Source: Polyangiaceae bacterium (GTDB taxonomy: Bacteria; Myxococcota_A; Polyangia; Polyangiales; Polyangiaceae). Taken from it: 64,000 bases of DNA. The notes beneath the pieces were generated by a model. It did no database searches and was not told the DNA's origin. It saw nothing but the letters and a program-made list of their open reading frames with translations. Location of the stretch: assembly GCA_044376115.1 (NCBI GenBank), contig JBILLK010000010.1, positions 288,488 through 352,487 of the forward strand. Direction: 5' to 3'. Every line of letters begins with the position of its first letter. The stretch's first letter is position 1. This document shows positions 41,645-52,447 of the stretch, one piece after another. The position numbers and the translations under genes were made by a program.

Positions 41645-44005
41645 ATGCAACCCGCCCCCCAGCTCGAGCAACGGCGCGAATGCCTACTGCTCGCGCGCGA
41701 ATGGCGGGATACCCGGGACGGCCTGCAGATCACGCTGTGGGGCGTGGCCGAGAGCGGCGCGGTCAAGGTCGAGCTGCCGAGCCGCGCGGTGATGTTCGTG
41801 CCGCGGCGCACTCCCCTCACCCTCACGAGCTCGGCCAAACGCGCCCCTGTCGAACTTCGCTCGTTGCAAGGCGAGCCCGTGGATGCGCTCTATTTCGAAA
41901 GCCAACGCGAGCTCGTGCGCACGCGCGGCCGGCTGCGCGAAGAGCTGATGGTGGGCCTCGAGTCGGACCTCAAGCCGAGCGACCGCTTCTTGATGGAGCG
42001 CTTCATCACCAGCGCCTTCGAGGTCGTCGGCCCGGCCGAACAGCGCGCCGGCGTTACCTACTTTCAACGCGCCAAAGTGCGCGCAGCCGAGCCCTCGACG
42101 CAGCTCGTCAGCGGGCTGAAGGTGCTCTCGCTCGATCTGGAGACGGTCGGTACAGAGGTGCGCTCGATCGCGCTCGTCGGCTGCGGCGTCGAAGAAGTGA
42201 TGATGAAAATTGGCGCAGACCAACGGGTCGAGGCGCCCTTCGTCTCGAGCTACGCTAGCGAACGTGAGCTGCTAACGGCCTTTTCGGCGCGGCTCGCTTC
42301 GCTCGATCCCGACGTCTTGATCGGCTGGAACGTGATCGAGTTCGACCTGCTCTTTCTCGAGCGCGCCTTTCGCCGACTCAAGCTGCCGTTCACGCTCGGA
42401 CGCGGGCGCGAAGAGGCCCGCATCCTCGAGGGCGAGAAGGGCCAGGTCGCGGTGGCGCGCATCCCAGGCCGCGTGGTGCTCGACGGCATCGCCACGCTCA
42501 AGAACGCAAGTCGCAGCTTCGAGCGCTTCACGCTCGAGCACGTCGCACGCGAGCTCTTGGGGCGCGGCAAGAAGATCGCCTCGAGCGGCGCGAGCAAGGT
42601 CAGCGAGATCACCCGCCTAGCCGACGAGGACCCGGAGGCGCTCGCCGCCTACAACCTGGAGGACGCCCGGCTCGTAGCCGAGATCTTCAACAAGACCGAG
42701 CTCGTTCGCTTTGCCTTCGCCCGCGCGGCGCTCTCCGGTCTCGCGCCGGATCGACAAGGCGGCTCGGTGGCGGCCTTCGACCATTTGTACCTGCCGCTCT
42801 TGCATCGCGCGGGCTTCGTCGCGCCCGACGTCGGCACGCTCGACGACAGCGAAGAGAGCCCCGGCGGGGAGGTGCTCAACTCGGTCCCGGGGCTGCATCA
42901 CCACGTGCTCTCGTTCGATTTTCGCAGCCTCTATCCGTCGATCATTCGCACCTTCAAGATCGATCCGCTGGGCCTCGCGCTCGGTCTTTCCGATGATCCA
43001 CCGGGCGGTCGTGAGAGCTTGGTGCGCGGCTTCGACGGCGCGTGGTTCACTCGCTCGCCTTCGATCTTGCCGGTGATCATCGAGCGCTTGACCACCGCCC
43101 GCCGCAGCGCGCTGGAACAAGGCGATGCAGCGCTCGCGCAGGCCATCAAGCTGCAGATGAACTCGTTCTATGGCGTGCTCGGTACGCCCGGCTGCCGCTT
43201 CTTCGATGGCCGTTTGGCCAGCTCGATCACCCGGCGCGGTCACGAGCTGATCCGCCGCTTGTGCGAGTTCTTCGAGCAGAAGGAGATGCGGGTGCTGTAC
43301 GGCGACACCGATTCGGTGTTCGTCTTGGCGGCCCCGAGCGAGGACTACGCCGCGCTTGGTCGCAGCCTGGCTGCCGAGGCCAACCGCGTACTCGAACGCG
43401 AGCTACGTGAGCGCTTCGAGCTCGATTGCGCGCTCGAGCTACGCTTCGATCTTCACTTCACCAGCTTCTTGATGCCGACCATGCGCGGCACCGAGATCGG
43501 CTCGAAGAAGCGCTACGCCGGCGCGACGCTGCGCGGAGAGAAGGTCGAGCTCGTGATCAAGGGACTGGAGGCGGTACGCACCGACTGGACGCCGCTCGCG
43601 CGCCGCGTACAACGCGAGCTCTTGCTGCGCGTATTCACCGAACAGCCCTGGCGGGATTGGTTGCTCGGCCTGCGGCAAGAGCTGCTCACCGGGGCCCTCG
43701 ACGAAGAGCTCGTCTACAAGAAGAAGTTGCGACGCGATTTGGCCGACTACGAGCACGCACCGCCACACGTTCGCGCAGCGCGCATGTTGGAAGGCACCAC
43801 CGAATGGGGCGCACAGGAGGTGGAGTACGTGATGACGCAGAACGGGCCGCTGCCCGCCTCGCGGCTGCAAGAGAAAGCGCACGGCCAGGTGATCGATTAC
43901 GACCACTACCTCGATAAACAGTTGGCGCCGGCCTGCGACGTGGTGCTCTCGATCCTCGGGAGTAGCTTCGCCGAAGTGGCCGGCCGCCAACTGAAGCTCT
44001 TTTGA
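41645..44005 (+). CDS. polB: DNA polymerase II (family B)
   Basis: SLDLET, GWNVIEFD, DFRSLYPS, KLQMNSFYG, YGDTDS, KKRYAG, KGLE. Confidence 0.93.
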   Translation: MQPAPQLEQRRECLLLAREWRDTRDGLQITLWGVAESGAVKVELPSRAVMFVPRRTPLTLTSSAKRAPVELRSLQGEPVDALYFESQRELVRTRGRLREELMVGLESDLKPSDRFLMERFITSAFEVVGPAEQRAGVTYFQRAKVRAAEPSTQLVSGLKVLSLDLETVGTEVRSIALVGCGVEEVMMKIGADQRVEAPFVSSYASERELLTAFSARLASLDPDVLIGWNVIEFDLLFLERAFRRLKLPFTLGRGREEARILEGEKGQVAVARIPGRVVLDGIATLKNASRSFERFTLEHVARELLGRGKKIASSGASKVSEITRLADEDPEALAAYNLEDARLVAEIFNKTELVRFAFARAALSGLAPDRQGGSVAAFDHLYLPLLHRAGFVAPDVGTLDDSEESPGGEVLNSVPGLHHHVLSFDFRSLYPSIIRTFKIDPLGLALGLSDDPPGGRESLVRGFDGAWFTRSPSILPVIIERLTTARRSALEQGDAALAQAIKLQMNSFYGVLGTPGCRFFDGRLASSITRRGHELIRRLCEFFEQKEMRVLYGDTDSVFVLAAPSEDYAALGRSLAAEANRVLERELRERFELDCALELRFDLHFTSFLMPTMRGTEIGSKKRYAGATLRGEKVELVIKGLEAVRTDWTPLARRVQRELLLRVFTEQPWRDWLLGLRQELLTGALDEELVYKKKLRRDLADYEHAPPHVRAARMLEGTTEWGAQEVEYVMTQNGPLPASRLQEKAHGQVIDYDHYLDKQLAPACDVVLSILGSSFAEVAGRQLKLF

Positions 44006-44007
44006 CC

Positions 44008-44607
44008 ATGCAGTACCGCCTCCCGCTCTTGTTCTCAGCCGCGCTGTTTGGGCTGCCGCGCAACGCGCAGGCCCAACCCGCCGACGTCGAGGCGACCTGG
44101 ACGCTGGGCGCAGCCGGTGGAAGCCGCATCATTCCGGGCGGGACCGAGGCCTTCGGCGAGTTCGACTTCGGCGGCGAAATGACCTTCGAGCTGACCACCT
44201 TCGGCAGCGGACCGTGGGAATTTCGTTATGGGCCGTTCATCAACAGCGCCATGGGCGAGGGACTGGTCGCCGTCGAGGGTGGCGCCAAGCTGCTCTTCAC
44301 CGAGACCACCCACGCGCAGTTCGGCACCTTCGATCTACGCGTCGGCGGGGGACACGGCCTCATCTACGGTCTCTCGGCGAGCCACATCGCCATCACGGCC
44401 AGCGGCGGGATTCGTTGGTTCCAAAACCGCTATCAGACGCAGCCCGCTCGCAACTTTGCGTTTGGTTCGGTGGTGCGCTTCATGCTGACCGCGCGCATCC
44501 GCCCCGACGTGATTTACCCGCTGGACGTCTGCTTCGGCCTCGAGCTCGAACCGAGCTTTTTGCTGCCTCCACACTCGGTGCTGAAGTGGATCGGCGCAGG
44601 AAACTGA
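44008..44607 (+). CDS. Secreted/outer-membrane beta-strand protein
   Basis: Signal peptide ending AQA, amphipathic beta strands. Confidence 0.6.
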   Translation: MQYRLPLLFSAALFGLPRNAQAQPADVEATWTLGAAGGSRIIPGGTEAFGEFDFGGEMTFELTTFGSGPWEFRYGPFINSAMGEGLVAVEGGAKLLFTETTHAQFGTFDLRVGGGHGLIYGLSASHIAITASGGIRWFQNRYQTQPARNFAFGSVVRFMLTARIRPDVIYPLDVCFGLELEPSFLLPPHSVLKWIGAGN

Positions 44608-44608
44608 G

Positions 44609-45607
44609 TTACGGGCCCCACCACAAGGACTCGAACTCTTTGGCTTCACCGTTTTTGGAGAAGGTCAGCCGCACACACTCCACCGCGCCTGCCTCCGTCT
44701 CCTTGTTGAAGGTGCGAACGAAGGGCTCGGGCACCGCGTCCGCCTCGACGAACACCGACTTGGAGAAGCCTTGGTTGCTCATCCAAATCAAGTGCACGCC
44801 GCCCTTGCCAGCGCCGCACAAGAGCAGCGCCCGCCCCTCGCCCACGAGCGTGAAGGTCAAACTCTGGAAGGCCATTTCGGCGAAGCGTTCGGGAGATGGG
44901 AAGTCGTCCCCGAAGTCGGTCAGCTCGGGCAAGTGCGTCTTCAGGTGTTGGTACAAGAGGTCGTAACGCACGCGACCGAGTCGCGGAAGCTTGCGGTCTT
45001 TTGGCGCAATCACCGGCCACTCCGCGGCCGTTAGGCAGGGCACCTCGACCAAGGTGCGGTAGCGGTCGGCGAGCGTGGTCGCGCTGCTGGCGGTCACGCC
45101 TTTGGGTGGATCCGAAAGCGCGCGCAGCAGCCAGGAGAACGGGCACAACTCCGCACGCCCAGCCCGCGACGAGAGGAGCACCCGCGTCTCCCACAACGGA
45201 CTGCGTACCAACCACTGCCCGCCGTGGTTCTTCACGATCGCTTGGCCGATGTAGACCGCCGCGTGCGCCACGAACAACAGCAGCAGCCGCTCACCGCCGT
45301 GCATGCGCTCATACAAACGGTCGCGTTGCTCGGCTGTCAGCGCGCGAGATAGCCGATGAATCGAGGCATCGCTGCCGTCGAGTTCGAGCGACTGATCGAG
45401 TGCTTGATCGGCCAAGGCCGAAAAGACCTGCGCCGTATCGTCGAGCGCGCGCAAAATCTCCGGGTTGTTCGCCGGGTTCGCGTCGGTGCGCCGAACCTGC
45501 TCCAGCGATACACCCGGCGGGTAGTGCGCGAGGAACACCTCTTTGAAGAGCAGCTCGCTCGTGAGTTCACGCTTGGTGGAGCCGAGGACTTGAAGTTTGC
45601 GCGCCAT
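44609..45607 (-). CDS. Hypothetical protein
   Basis: Long ORF directly downstream of rpoN with globular composition; no recognised motif. Confidence 0.7.
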   Translation of the reverse strand: MARKLQVLGSTKRELTSELLFKEVFLAHYPPGVSLEQVRRTDANPANNPEILRALDDTAQVFSALADQALDQSLELDGSDASIHRLSRALTAEQRDRLYERMHGGERLLLLFVAHAAVYIGQAIVKNHGGQWLVRSPLWETRVLLSSRAGRAELCPFSWLLRALSDPPKGVTASSATTLADRYRTLVEVPCLTAAEWPVIAPKDRKLPRLGRVRYDLLYQHLKTHLPELTDFGDDFPSPERFAEMAFQSLTFTLVGEGRALLLCGAGKGGVHLIWMSNQGFSKSVFVEADAVPEPFVRTFNKETEAGAVECVRLTFSKNGEAKEFESLWWGP

Positions 45608-45643
45608 AAAAGTCGGCCGTCTCGCGTCTGCGAGACAGCGACC

Positions 45644-47167
<1,524 letters not shown>

Positions 47168-47254
47168 CGAAGTGCTCCTTTCGAGAGTCGGCCGAGACCG
47201 GGGCAAAAGTAACGAGGAGGTGATTCATAGGCTGAGTTTGCGATGAAACAAGTG

Positions 47255-47270
47255 TGGCACGGTGGATGCT
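47255..47270 (+). promoter_or_regulatory. Sigma54-type site antisense to rpoN leader
   Basis: TGGCACGGTGGATGCT, GG-N10-GC spacing. Confidence 0.6.
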
Positions 47271-47317
47271 ACACCGGCGCGCGACCCCCGGCTCCCCAAT
47301 TCCACTCCTTCGAGCCG

Positions 47318-47689
47318 TTACGGGCGGGTGGTTGGGTCGTCGCCGACCTCCAGTCGGGCGTCACCAAACGTCACCGTCATTCCTCCTTCAGAGGAGAGCT
47401 TGGCTTCGAGCGTTTTGGCGCGGATCACCGTGCCGTCGCTAACGCGGCCGGCCAGCGTGACTGTGTCAGCGTCGATTTCACCGGCTAGCTCACCATCCGA
47501 GGTGAGGGTCGCCACTTTGATGCGCCCGGAGACGAAGCCTGTTTGCGTCACCGCAAGCGATGGGCTGGAGACGTCCCCAGCGATTCTGCCGCGTACCAGG
47601 ACCGGGCAGCTCGAGAACATCGACCCGCGAAACTCCGTGCCGTCCTCGACAACCGTAACCTTCGTGCCGCCATCTTTGGTTGAGCTCAT
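47318..47689 (-). CDS. Bactofilin (polymer-forming cytoskeletal protein)
   Basis: TVVEDGTEFRGSM...VLVRGRIAGDV...LAVTQTGFVSGRIKV beta-helix. Confidence 0.85.
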   Translation of the reverse strand: MSSTKDGGTKVTVVEDGTEFRGSMFSSCPVLVRGRIAGDVSSPSLAVTQTGFVSGRIKVATLTSDGELAGEIDADTVTLAGRVSDGTVIRAKTLEAKLSSEGGMTVTFGDARLEVGDDPTTRP

Positions 47690-47724
47690 GGTGCTTCCGT
47701 TCGTTCGCTGAGGTTGATGCCGAG

Positions 47725-48948
47725 TTACTTGGGCTGGGTGATCGAGACACGCAGTTTGCTACCGCGCTCGATGGCGAAGACTGTCTTGTTGGGGTGTTGC
47801 TCGACGGTGCCGGAGATGGCGCCGCCGTCGCGAAGGATCAGCCGCGCCGCGCCCGCGATGGTGGGCGCTTCATGCTCGAAGATGCCGCCCTCGACGATGA
47901 TGTTTCCGGGGCCGCGCACCTTGCAGCCATGCAACCTGCCCGGCGCGCCCACGGTGAGCTCGGTGCCTTCCCCCAGGGTGATCGAGCAGTTCTCGAACTG
48001 ACTCTCAATCACCACCACGCTGCCCGAATTGAACTCGAGCGTGGCGTTGCGCAGCGTGTCGCCGCGGCCGAAGTAGCGCCGCGTGGTAGCGATGGGATCG
48101 ACCTTACCGCCGCTCAGGAAGGTGAGCGCCTCTGCGCCAGAAACGCTCGGTTGGCCTTCCCCTTGCTGGCCGACGTCGAGCGAATCCACCCGCGTATTGA
48201 GCAGGATCGCCTGCTGCCAAATCGCGCCCCAGACTTTGGCGCGCGAGAGATCGGCGTCGGTCAAGTTGGACTCGGTGCAGATCGCGCGACGCAGATCGGT
48301 TCGCGCGAGGTTGGCGCCTTTGAGGAAGGCCCCGGTGAAGTTGACCTGACTCAAGCTCGATCCGGCGAACGACACCGAATCGGCCAGCACACCGGTCATG
48401 TCGGCTCCGTCGAAGGTACCTTCATCGAGCAACGCACGCTCGAGGTTGGCCCCAGCGAAGTTCGCCCCACGAGCGTCCGCTCGCGAGAGCTTGGCGCCAC
48501 CGAGATAGGCCTCACTGAGATCGGCGTGCGCCAGGTTGGCGTTCGATAGATCGGCCTTGGCGAAGTTGACCGAATCGAGCTCGGCGTTGGTCAGACGAGC
48601 GCCGTCGAAGATGGCGTCCTGCGCCGAAGCCCCCTCGAGGTTGGCGCGCGTGAGGTTGGCGCCGGTGAGGTTGGCGCGATCGAGCTTGGCCGAATCAAGC
48701 TCGGCTTTGTCGAGGTTGGCGTCGCGCAAATCAGCGTCGACGAGGTAGGCCTCACGTAGGCTCGCGTTGCGTAACACCGACCCGCGCAGCTTGGTTTGCG
48801 CCAGGTTGCAGCCGGTGAGATCCGAGCGCGAGAAGTCCACTCCTTCGAGCGTCAGCTGCGAAAGATCGAGACCACGCAGGTCTCGCTGCGACAGCTTGCC
48901 TCCTTGTTTCGCTAAGCGGACTACATCGTCACGCGTCAAATCGGCCAT
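47725..48948 (-). CDS. Pentapeptide-repeat protein with C-terminal bactofilin-like domain
   Basis: About 250 aa of A(D/N)Lxx repeats, then LTVGAPGRLHGC.V...IIVEG...GAISGTV...IERGSKL. Confidence 0.85.
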   Translation of the reverse strand: MADLTRDDVVRLAKQGGKLSQRDLRGLDLSQLTLEGVDFSRSDLTGCNLAQTKLRGSVLRNASLREAYLVDADLRDANLDKAELDSAKLDRANLTGANLTRANLEGASAQDAIFDGARLTNAELDSVNFAKADLSNANLAHADLSEAYLGGAKLSRADARGANFAGANLERALLDEGTFDGADMTGVLADSVSFAGSSLSQVNFTGAFLKGANLARTDLRRAICTESNLTDADLSRAKVWGAIWQQAILLNTRVDSLDVGQQGEGQPSVSGAEALTFLSGGKVDPIATTRRYFGRGDTLRNATLEFNSGSVVVIESQFENCSITLGEGTELTVGAPGRLHGCKVRGPGNIIVEGGIFEHEAPTIAGAARLILRDGGAISGTVEQHPNKTVFAIERGSKLRVSITQPK

Positions 48949-48966
48949 GGATAAAGGTCCTCCTCT

Positions 48967-50310
48967 CTACCTGACTGCTTGCTCTGCCAACGCCTTGCGC
49001 TCCGCCTCTTCGAGGAAGGAGAACAAGGCCTGTACACGCTGTTGGAATGCAAGCTTCTCGAACTCGTTCGCGCGCTCGACCTGCCCGAGTCGCGCCAGCA
49101 CCAAATTGATGTCGGCCACCACGAGCCCACGCTCGCGGCGAAGCTCACGACGGGTGGCTGTGCCAGCGCTGCTCGCGTCGTAGGCTTGGCTCACTCGCAT
49201 CAGCTCCTCGGTCAGCTTGCGCAGCCGCTGCCGTTCGAGGGCGCGTCCGCGTTCTGGCGAGGTCTCCGAGACGAGCTGCCGGTACTCGCGAAATTGGGCC
49301 ACGATGCGCCCTGCGATCGCGAGGGGAATGCCCGCAAACTCCGCGATGTCCTTGTCGCGCGAAACGTAGAAGAGCCCGAGCGAGGCCATGCCGGTCTCGT
49401 AAATGCGGTCGAGCGCGAGGCGGTTGAGCCCCTCGACCTTCGACAATAGCGATCGCACCAACAAGGCCTCACGCTGGTTGCTCTCGGTCTCCAGCGCGAA
49501 GGCCTCCGGGAAGAAGGCGATCAGCTCGCTGTAGCCATCGATCAAACGTTCGCGCCGTTCACCGCGCACCGCCTCCTGCTTGTCCCCCTCTGGCTTGGCG
49601 GCATCGAGCGCATCGGCGAAGCGTTGCAGCTTACCGACCAACTCGCTGTAGCCCATGCCCTGCGCCGAGCGCAGGATCGCCCGCATCGCCGGACGACAGC
49701 TGTCCACCCAAGCGCCATGCGGTTCACCGAGCCGCACCTCGACCATGAAGTCGCGGATCGGCTGCGCATTGGCGACCACGAGATCGTCGAACAGCCCTTT
49801 GGCCTGCGCCTCGTCGAAGACGTTCTTGCTGGTGTCTTGCGACGCCGTCTGATTGGCCGGTGCAGGCGTGGGTTCGCCGGTCACAAGAATGGCGTCAAAG
49901 CCTGTCTCCACCTCATCGAGCAAGCGCTGAAACTCCGACCGCGGACCATCGAGTTCGGTGACTTCCGCGGGAGGCGGAGGAGGACGAATGGTGTCGTTGG
50001 TGACGTCCCGATCTTCGATCGCATCCTTCGACTCGGGCGGCGGGCTACTGCTCTCGCTGCTCTCGGCCGCCGGCGGAACGGCCACCGCCGAATGCGCGGT
50101 GGAACCAGCCACCCCGCGCATGGTCGAGCGGAGCTCGCCGTCTTTCGCCGCGGCCTTGCGTTTGGGCACACGCTGCTTGGCGGTGACAACCTTGGCCTTG
50201 TTGCGATCGGAGACCCACTCCTCGGTGCGGGCAGGAACGACTGCGCCACAAGAGCCGCAAAATCTGGCTCCGTAGTCGACGGCGGCTCCACAGGCGTCGC
50301 AGGCGGCCAT
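48967..50310 (-). CDS. Zinc-ribbon plus helix-hairpin-helix-like protein
   Basis: CDACG...FCGSCG at N-terminus; LSKVEGL...AGIPLAIA HhH-like pair. Confidence 0.7.
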   Translation of the reverse strand: MAACDACGAAVDYGARFCGSCGAVVPARTEEWVSDRNKAKVVTAKQRVPKRKAAAKDGELRSTMRGVAGSTAHSAVAVPPAAESSESSSPPPESKDAIEDRDVTNDTIRPPPPPAEVTELDGPRSEFQRLLDEVETGFDAILVTGEPTPAPANQTASQDTSKNVFDEAQAKGLFDDLVVANAQPIRDFMVEVRLGEPHGAWVDSCRPAMRAILRSAQGMGYSELVGKLQRFADALDAAKPEGDKQEAVRGERRERLIDGYSELIAFFPEAFALETESNQREALLVRSLLSKVEGLNRLALDRIYETGMASLGLFYVSRDKDIAEFAGIPLAIAGRIVAQFREYRQLVSETSPERGRALERQRLRKLTEELMRVSQAYDASSAGTATRRELRRERGLVVADINLVLARLGQVERANEFEKLAFQQRVQALFSFLEEAERKALAEQAVR

Positions 50311-50352
50311 AAGGGAGAGCGACGATACCAGGCGATCGCCGCTTGAGGCAGC

Positions 50353-50428
50353 CCCAGGATTCGGCTTCGCCGAATGGCAGACTGCGGACCGACGTCACAT
50401 CAGCGCGGCGCGCAGGAATCACGCTGTT
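50353..50428 (+). repeat. 76-bp non-coding element, copy A
   Basis: Ungapped match to 52368-52443 (offset 2015); 27/29 identical core. Confidence 0.8.
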
Positions 50429-50517
50429 TCCGGGTGCTCTTTACTCCTGGGGTCGTCCCTTGCGCGCACACCTCGTTGATTTTTCTTGCACTCGCTCGCC
50501 CAAGCTTGCGCTCCCCA

Positions 50518-50862
50518 TCAGAGAACGCCCGCGCGAGCCAACGCCATCCCAACGCTCGCGCTCAGCCCGTTCACGGCCAAACTCAAGAGCAACGCCCGGC
50601 GCACGGCGAAGGCGCGCAGAAACAAGGCTTCCGCGAGTATCGCGAAGCTCTCGGCCACGGCCAGCCGCACAACGATGCCGGCGTCAGGGAGCAACCACGG
50701 AACCACGAACCACACGACGGGATGAGTGAGCGCGCTCGGTCCCAACGCCGCAAACGCACGTTCACCAAGCGATAGCGGCGTGGCTGCGCTTCGCTTGACG
50801 GCGAGCCAATAGAGCGGCGCCTCGATCGCCTGCGTGAGGCCGAAGGCTACGAGCCAACGCAT
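50518..50862 (-). CDS. Small 4-TM membrane protein
   Basis: Hydrophobic with polar motifs TQAIE, LTHP, AE...AE, NGLS. Confidence 0.7.
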   Translation of the reverse strand: MRWLVAFGLTQAIEAPLYWLAVKRSAATPLSLGERAFAALGPSALTHPVVWFVVPWLLPDAGIVVRLAVAESFAILAEALFLRAFAVRRALLLSLAVNGLSASVGMALARAGVL

Positions 50863-51881
50863 GGCCTTATGCCTCCCAACCTCGGCTGTTCGATCGCCCC
50901 GAGCATGGCGCGCCCTTCAACGAGCAGCAGCGCACAGGCGATCAGCTCAATATGTCCGTGAAAGACGGCCGCTCTGAGATAGCCGGAGCGAGCGTCTCCG
51001 AGATCGCCAAGTGCCCACACCATCACGACTGCGGCAAAAATCAGCGAGAGCCACACGACGAGGACGCCGCAATCTGCAACCAGGGCGCGATAGCTACTTA
51101 CAAACGATCGTGGCCCGCGCTCTCGAGCTTGCTCGGGGATCACACGCAACCACAGCGCGTAGTGAGCAGCTTGAGCAAAGGCAAAGAGCCCGACGAGACG
51201 CAGCCCCCAAGGCGCAGCAACTCCCGGCGCCAACACGGCCAGGTGATAGCGCAAACCAGCAATGCCGCTTGGACTTGCCGGAGCTGCGAGCAGCGCCCAG
51301 TCGAAGGCACCCGCGAGGAAGCCCAGCGCGACAACGGCGCCCAGCAGGCCAACGGCGCGCGGCGCCCATAGCGAGTGCTTCCGCCACGCGACGAACAAGA
51401 GCATCGCGATCAGATTGTGTGCGTGCGCAAAAACGAGCGCCGCAACGCGTGGCCAGGCGAAACAACAGAGGGCCAGCGGTGCGAGCAACAGCCCACACGC
51501 GAGCTTCCTCGCAAAGAGGCCGCGGCTGACGATGGTGCAGGCGAGCGCCGCCAACACGCCCCAGGCGACCTCGTTCCGCAACGTACCGAGCATCAGCAGG
51601 GGCAAGCCACAAACCACGAGCGGCCAACGCCGATGCAATCCTGGGCGCAGCACGAGATAGCGAAGATCCGCAAGAACATGAGGAACGCCAAACAGAATGG
51701 GCCCGATCGCCAGGGACCAAAAAGGCGCGCCCAGGGCGCAGGCGAGCGAGATCGCTAGCCCCAGCGCCCCCAGCAAAAGGACCCGCACCTCGCGATGCCG
51801 AGCCCATCTGCCCGCGAACGGTCCCAGCGTCGCATAGGCTGCGCGCCGGAGACCGTCGAGCGGGGTTAGCAGCGCCTCCAC
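50847..51881 (-). CDS. Multi-pass membrane protein with His motifs
   Basis: GVPHVLAD, AHAHN, AQAAHY, FHGHIE; GTG start at 51881 inferred. Confidence 0.72.
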   Translation of the reverse strand: MEALLTPLDGLRRAAYATLGPFAGRWARHREVRVLLLGALGLAISLACALGAPFWSLAIGPILFGVPHVLADLRYLVLRPGLHRRWPLVVCGLPLLMLGTLRNEVAWGVLAALACTIVSRGLFARKLACGLLLAPLALCCFAWPRVAALVFAHAHNLIAMLLFVAWRKHSLWAPRAVGLLGAVVALGFLAGAFDWALLAAPASPSGIAGLRYHLAVLAPGVAAPWGLRLVGLFAFAQAAHYALWLRVIPEQARERGPRSFVSSYRALVADCGVLVVWLSLIFAAVVMVWALGDLGDARSGYLRAAVFHGHIELIACALLLVEGRAMLGAIEQPRLGGIRPCVGS

Positions 51882-51888
51882 CGTTCGC

Positions 51889-52176
51889 TTACGCGCGGCG
51901 CCGACGTGCGACCATCGCCAAGCCAGCCAGGGCGGCGAGGGACAAGGACCCGGCCGCAACCTTGGTGCCCAAGCCCGTCACGGAGCAACCGCCACCATCG
52001 TCCTCGTCTTCCGCTACACATTGGCCGTTGGCGTCGCACACGCCAGCACCACCATCGTTCCTTTCGCAGACGTCGCCCTCCTCCTTGCCGTCGCAAGGTT
52101 CGTTGGGCACGTCGGCGTACGCCGCTGGAGAAATACTCATCACAAGCAGGGACCAGAGAATCGCGCTTCGCTTCAT
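51889..52176 (-). CDS. Small secreted Cys-rich protein with MYXO-CTERM-like tail
   Basis: Signal peptide AYA|DV, 4 Cys, GGGCSV plus TM plus RRRR; GAGGAG SD. Confidence 0.8.
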   Translation of the reverse strand: MKRSAILWSLLVMSISPAAYADVPNEPCDGKEEGDVCERNDGGAGVCDANGQCVAEDEDDGGGCSVTGLGTKVAAGSLSLAALAGLAMVARRRRA

Positions 52177-52367
52177 CTCCTCAGTGTCGACGCGGAACGC
52201 GCATTTGGCCGAATTTCTAGCGTTGAAGAGGGTGGAGCCATCGACCTAAACCGCAGCCAACGATTGACGAATTTGGGTCTACGATTAACGCGCGGTCCAT
52301 CGAGCGGAAGCCCACCGGGGTGTTCGAGCTGGCGGTCGAGTAGTCGCGCGGCCGAGACAAAGCCTGT

Positions 52368-52443
52368 CCCACTGTTCGGCTGCGCCGAATGGCAGACTTC
52401 GGATCTTCCTTACATCAATACCGTGAGCCTGAATTAGGCTGTT
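52368..52443 (+). repeat. 76-bp non-coding element, copy B
   Basis: See copy A at 50353-50428. Confidence 0.8.
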
Positions 52444-52447
52444 CTGC

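Noticed and set aside
41645..44005. Family B polymerase as a phage or casposon marker
   Set aside because: Pol II-type sequence with no mobile-element genes or terminal repeats nearby.
50369..50383. Element core resembles the tRNA-Leu D arm (GAATTGGCAGAC)
   Set aside because: Short match, no cloverleaf, and att duplications normally involve the tRNA 3' end.
50045..50422. Peptide reading of the 76-bp element (RSLPFGxAExW in both copies)
   Set aside because: Copy B has no own start and copy A overlaps the next gene out of frame; similarity is explained by DNA identity.
52300..52445. Possible 6S RNA or riboswitch
   Set aside because: Could not fold a convincing known structure by eye; needs an Infernal/Rfam search.
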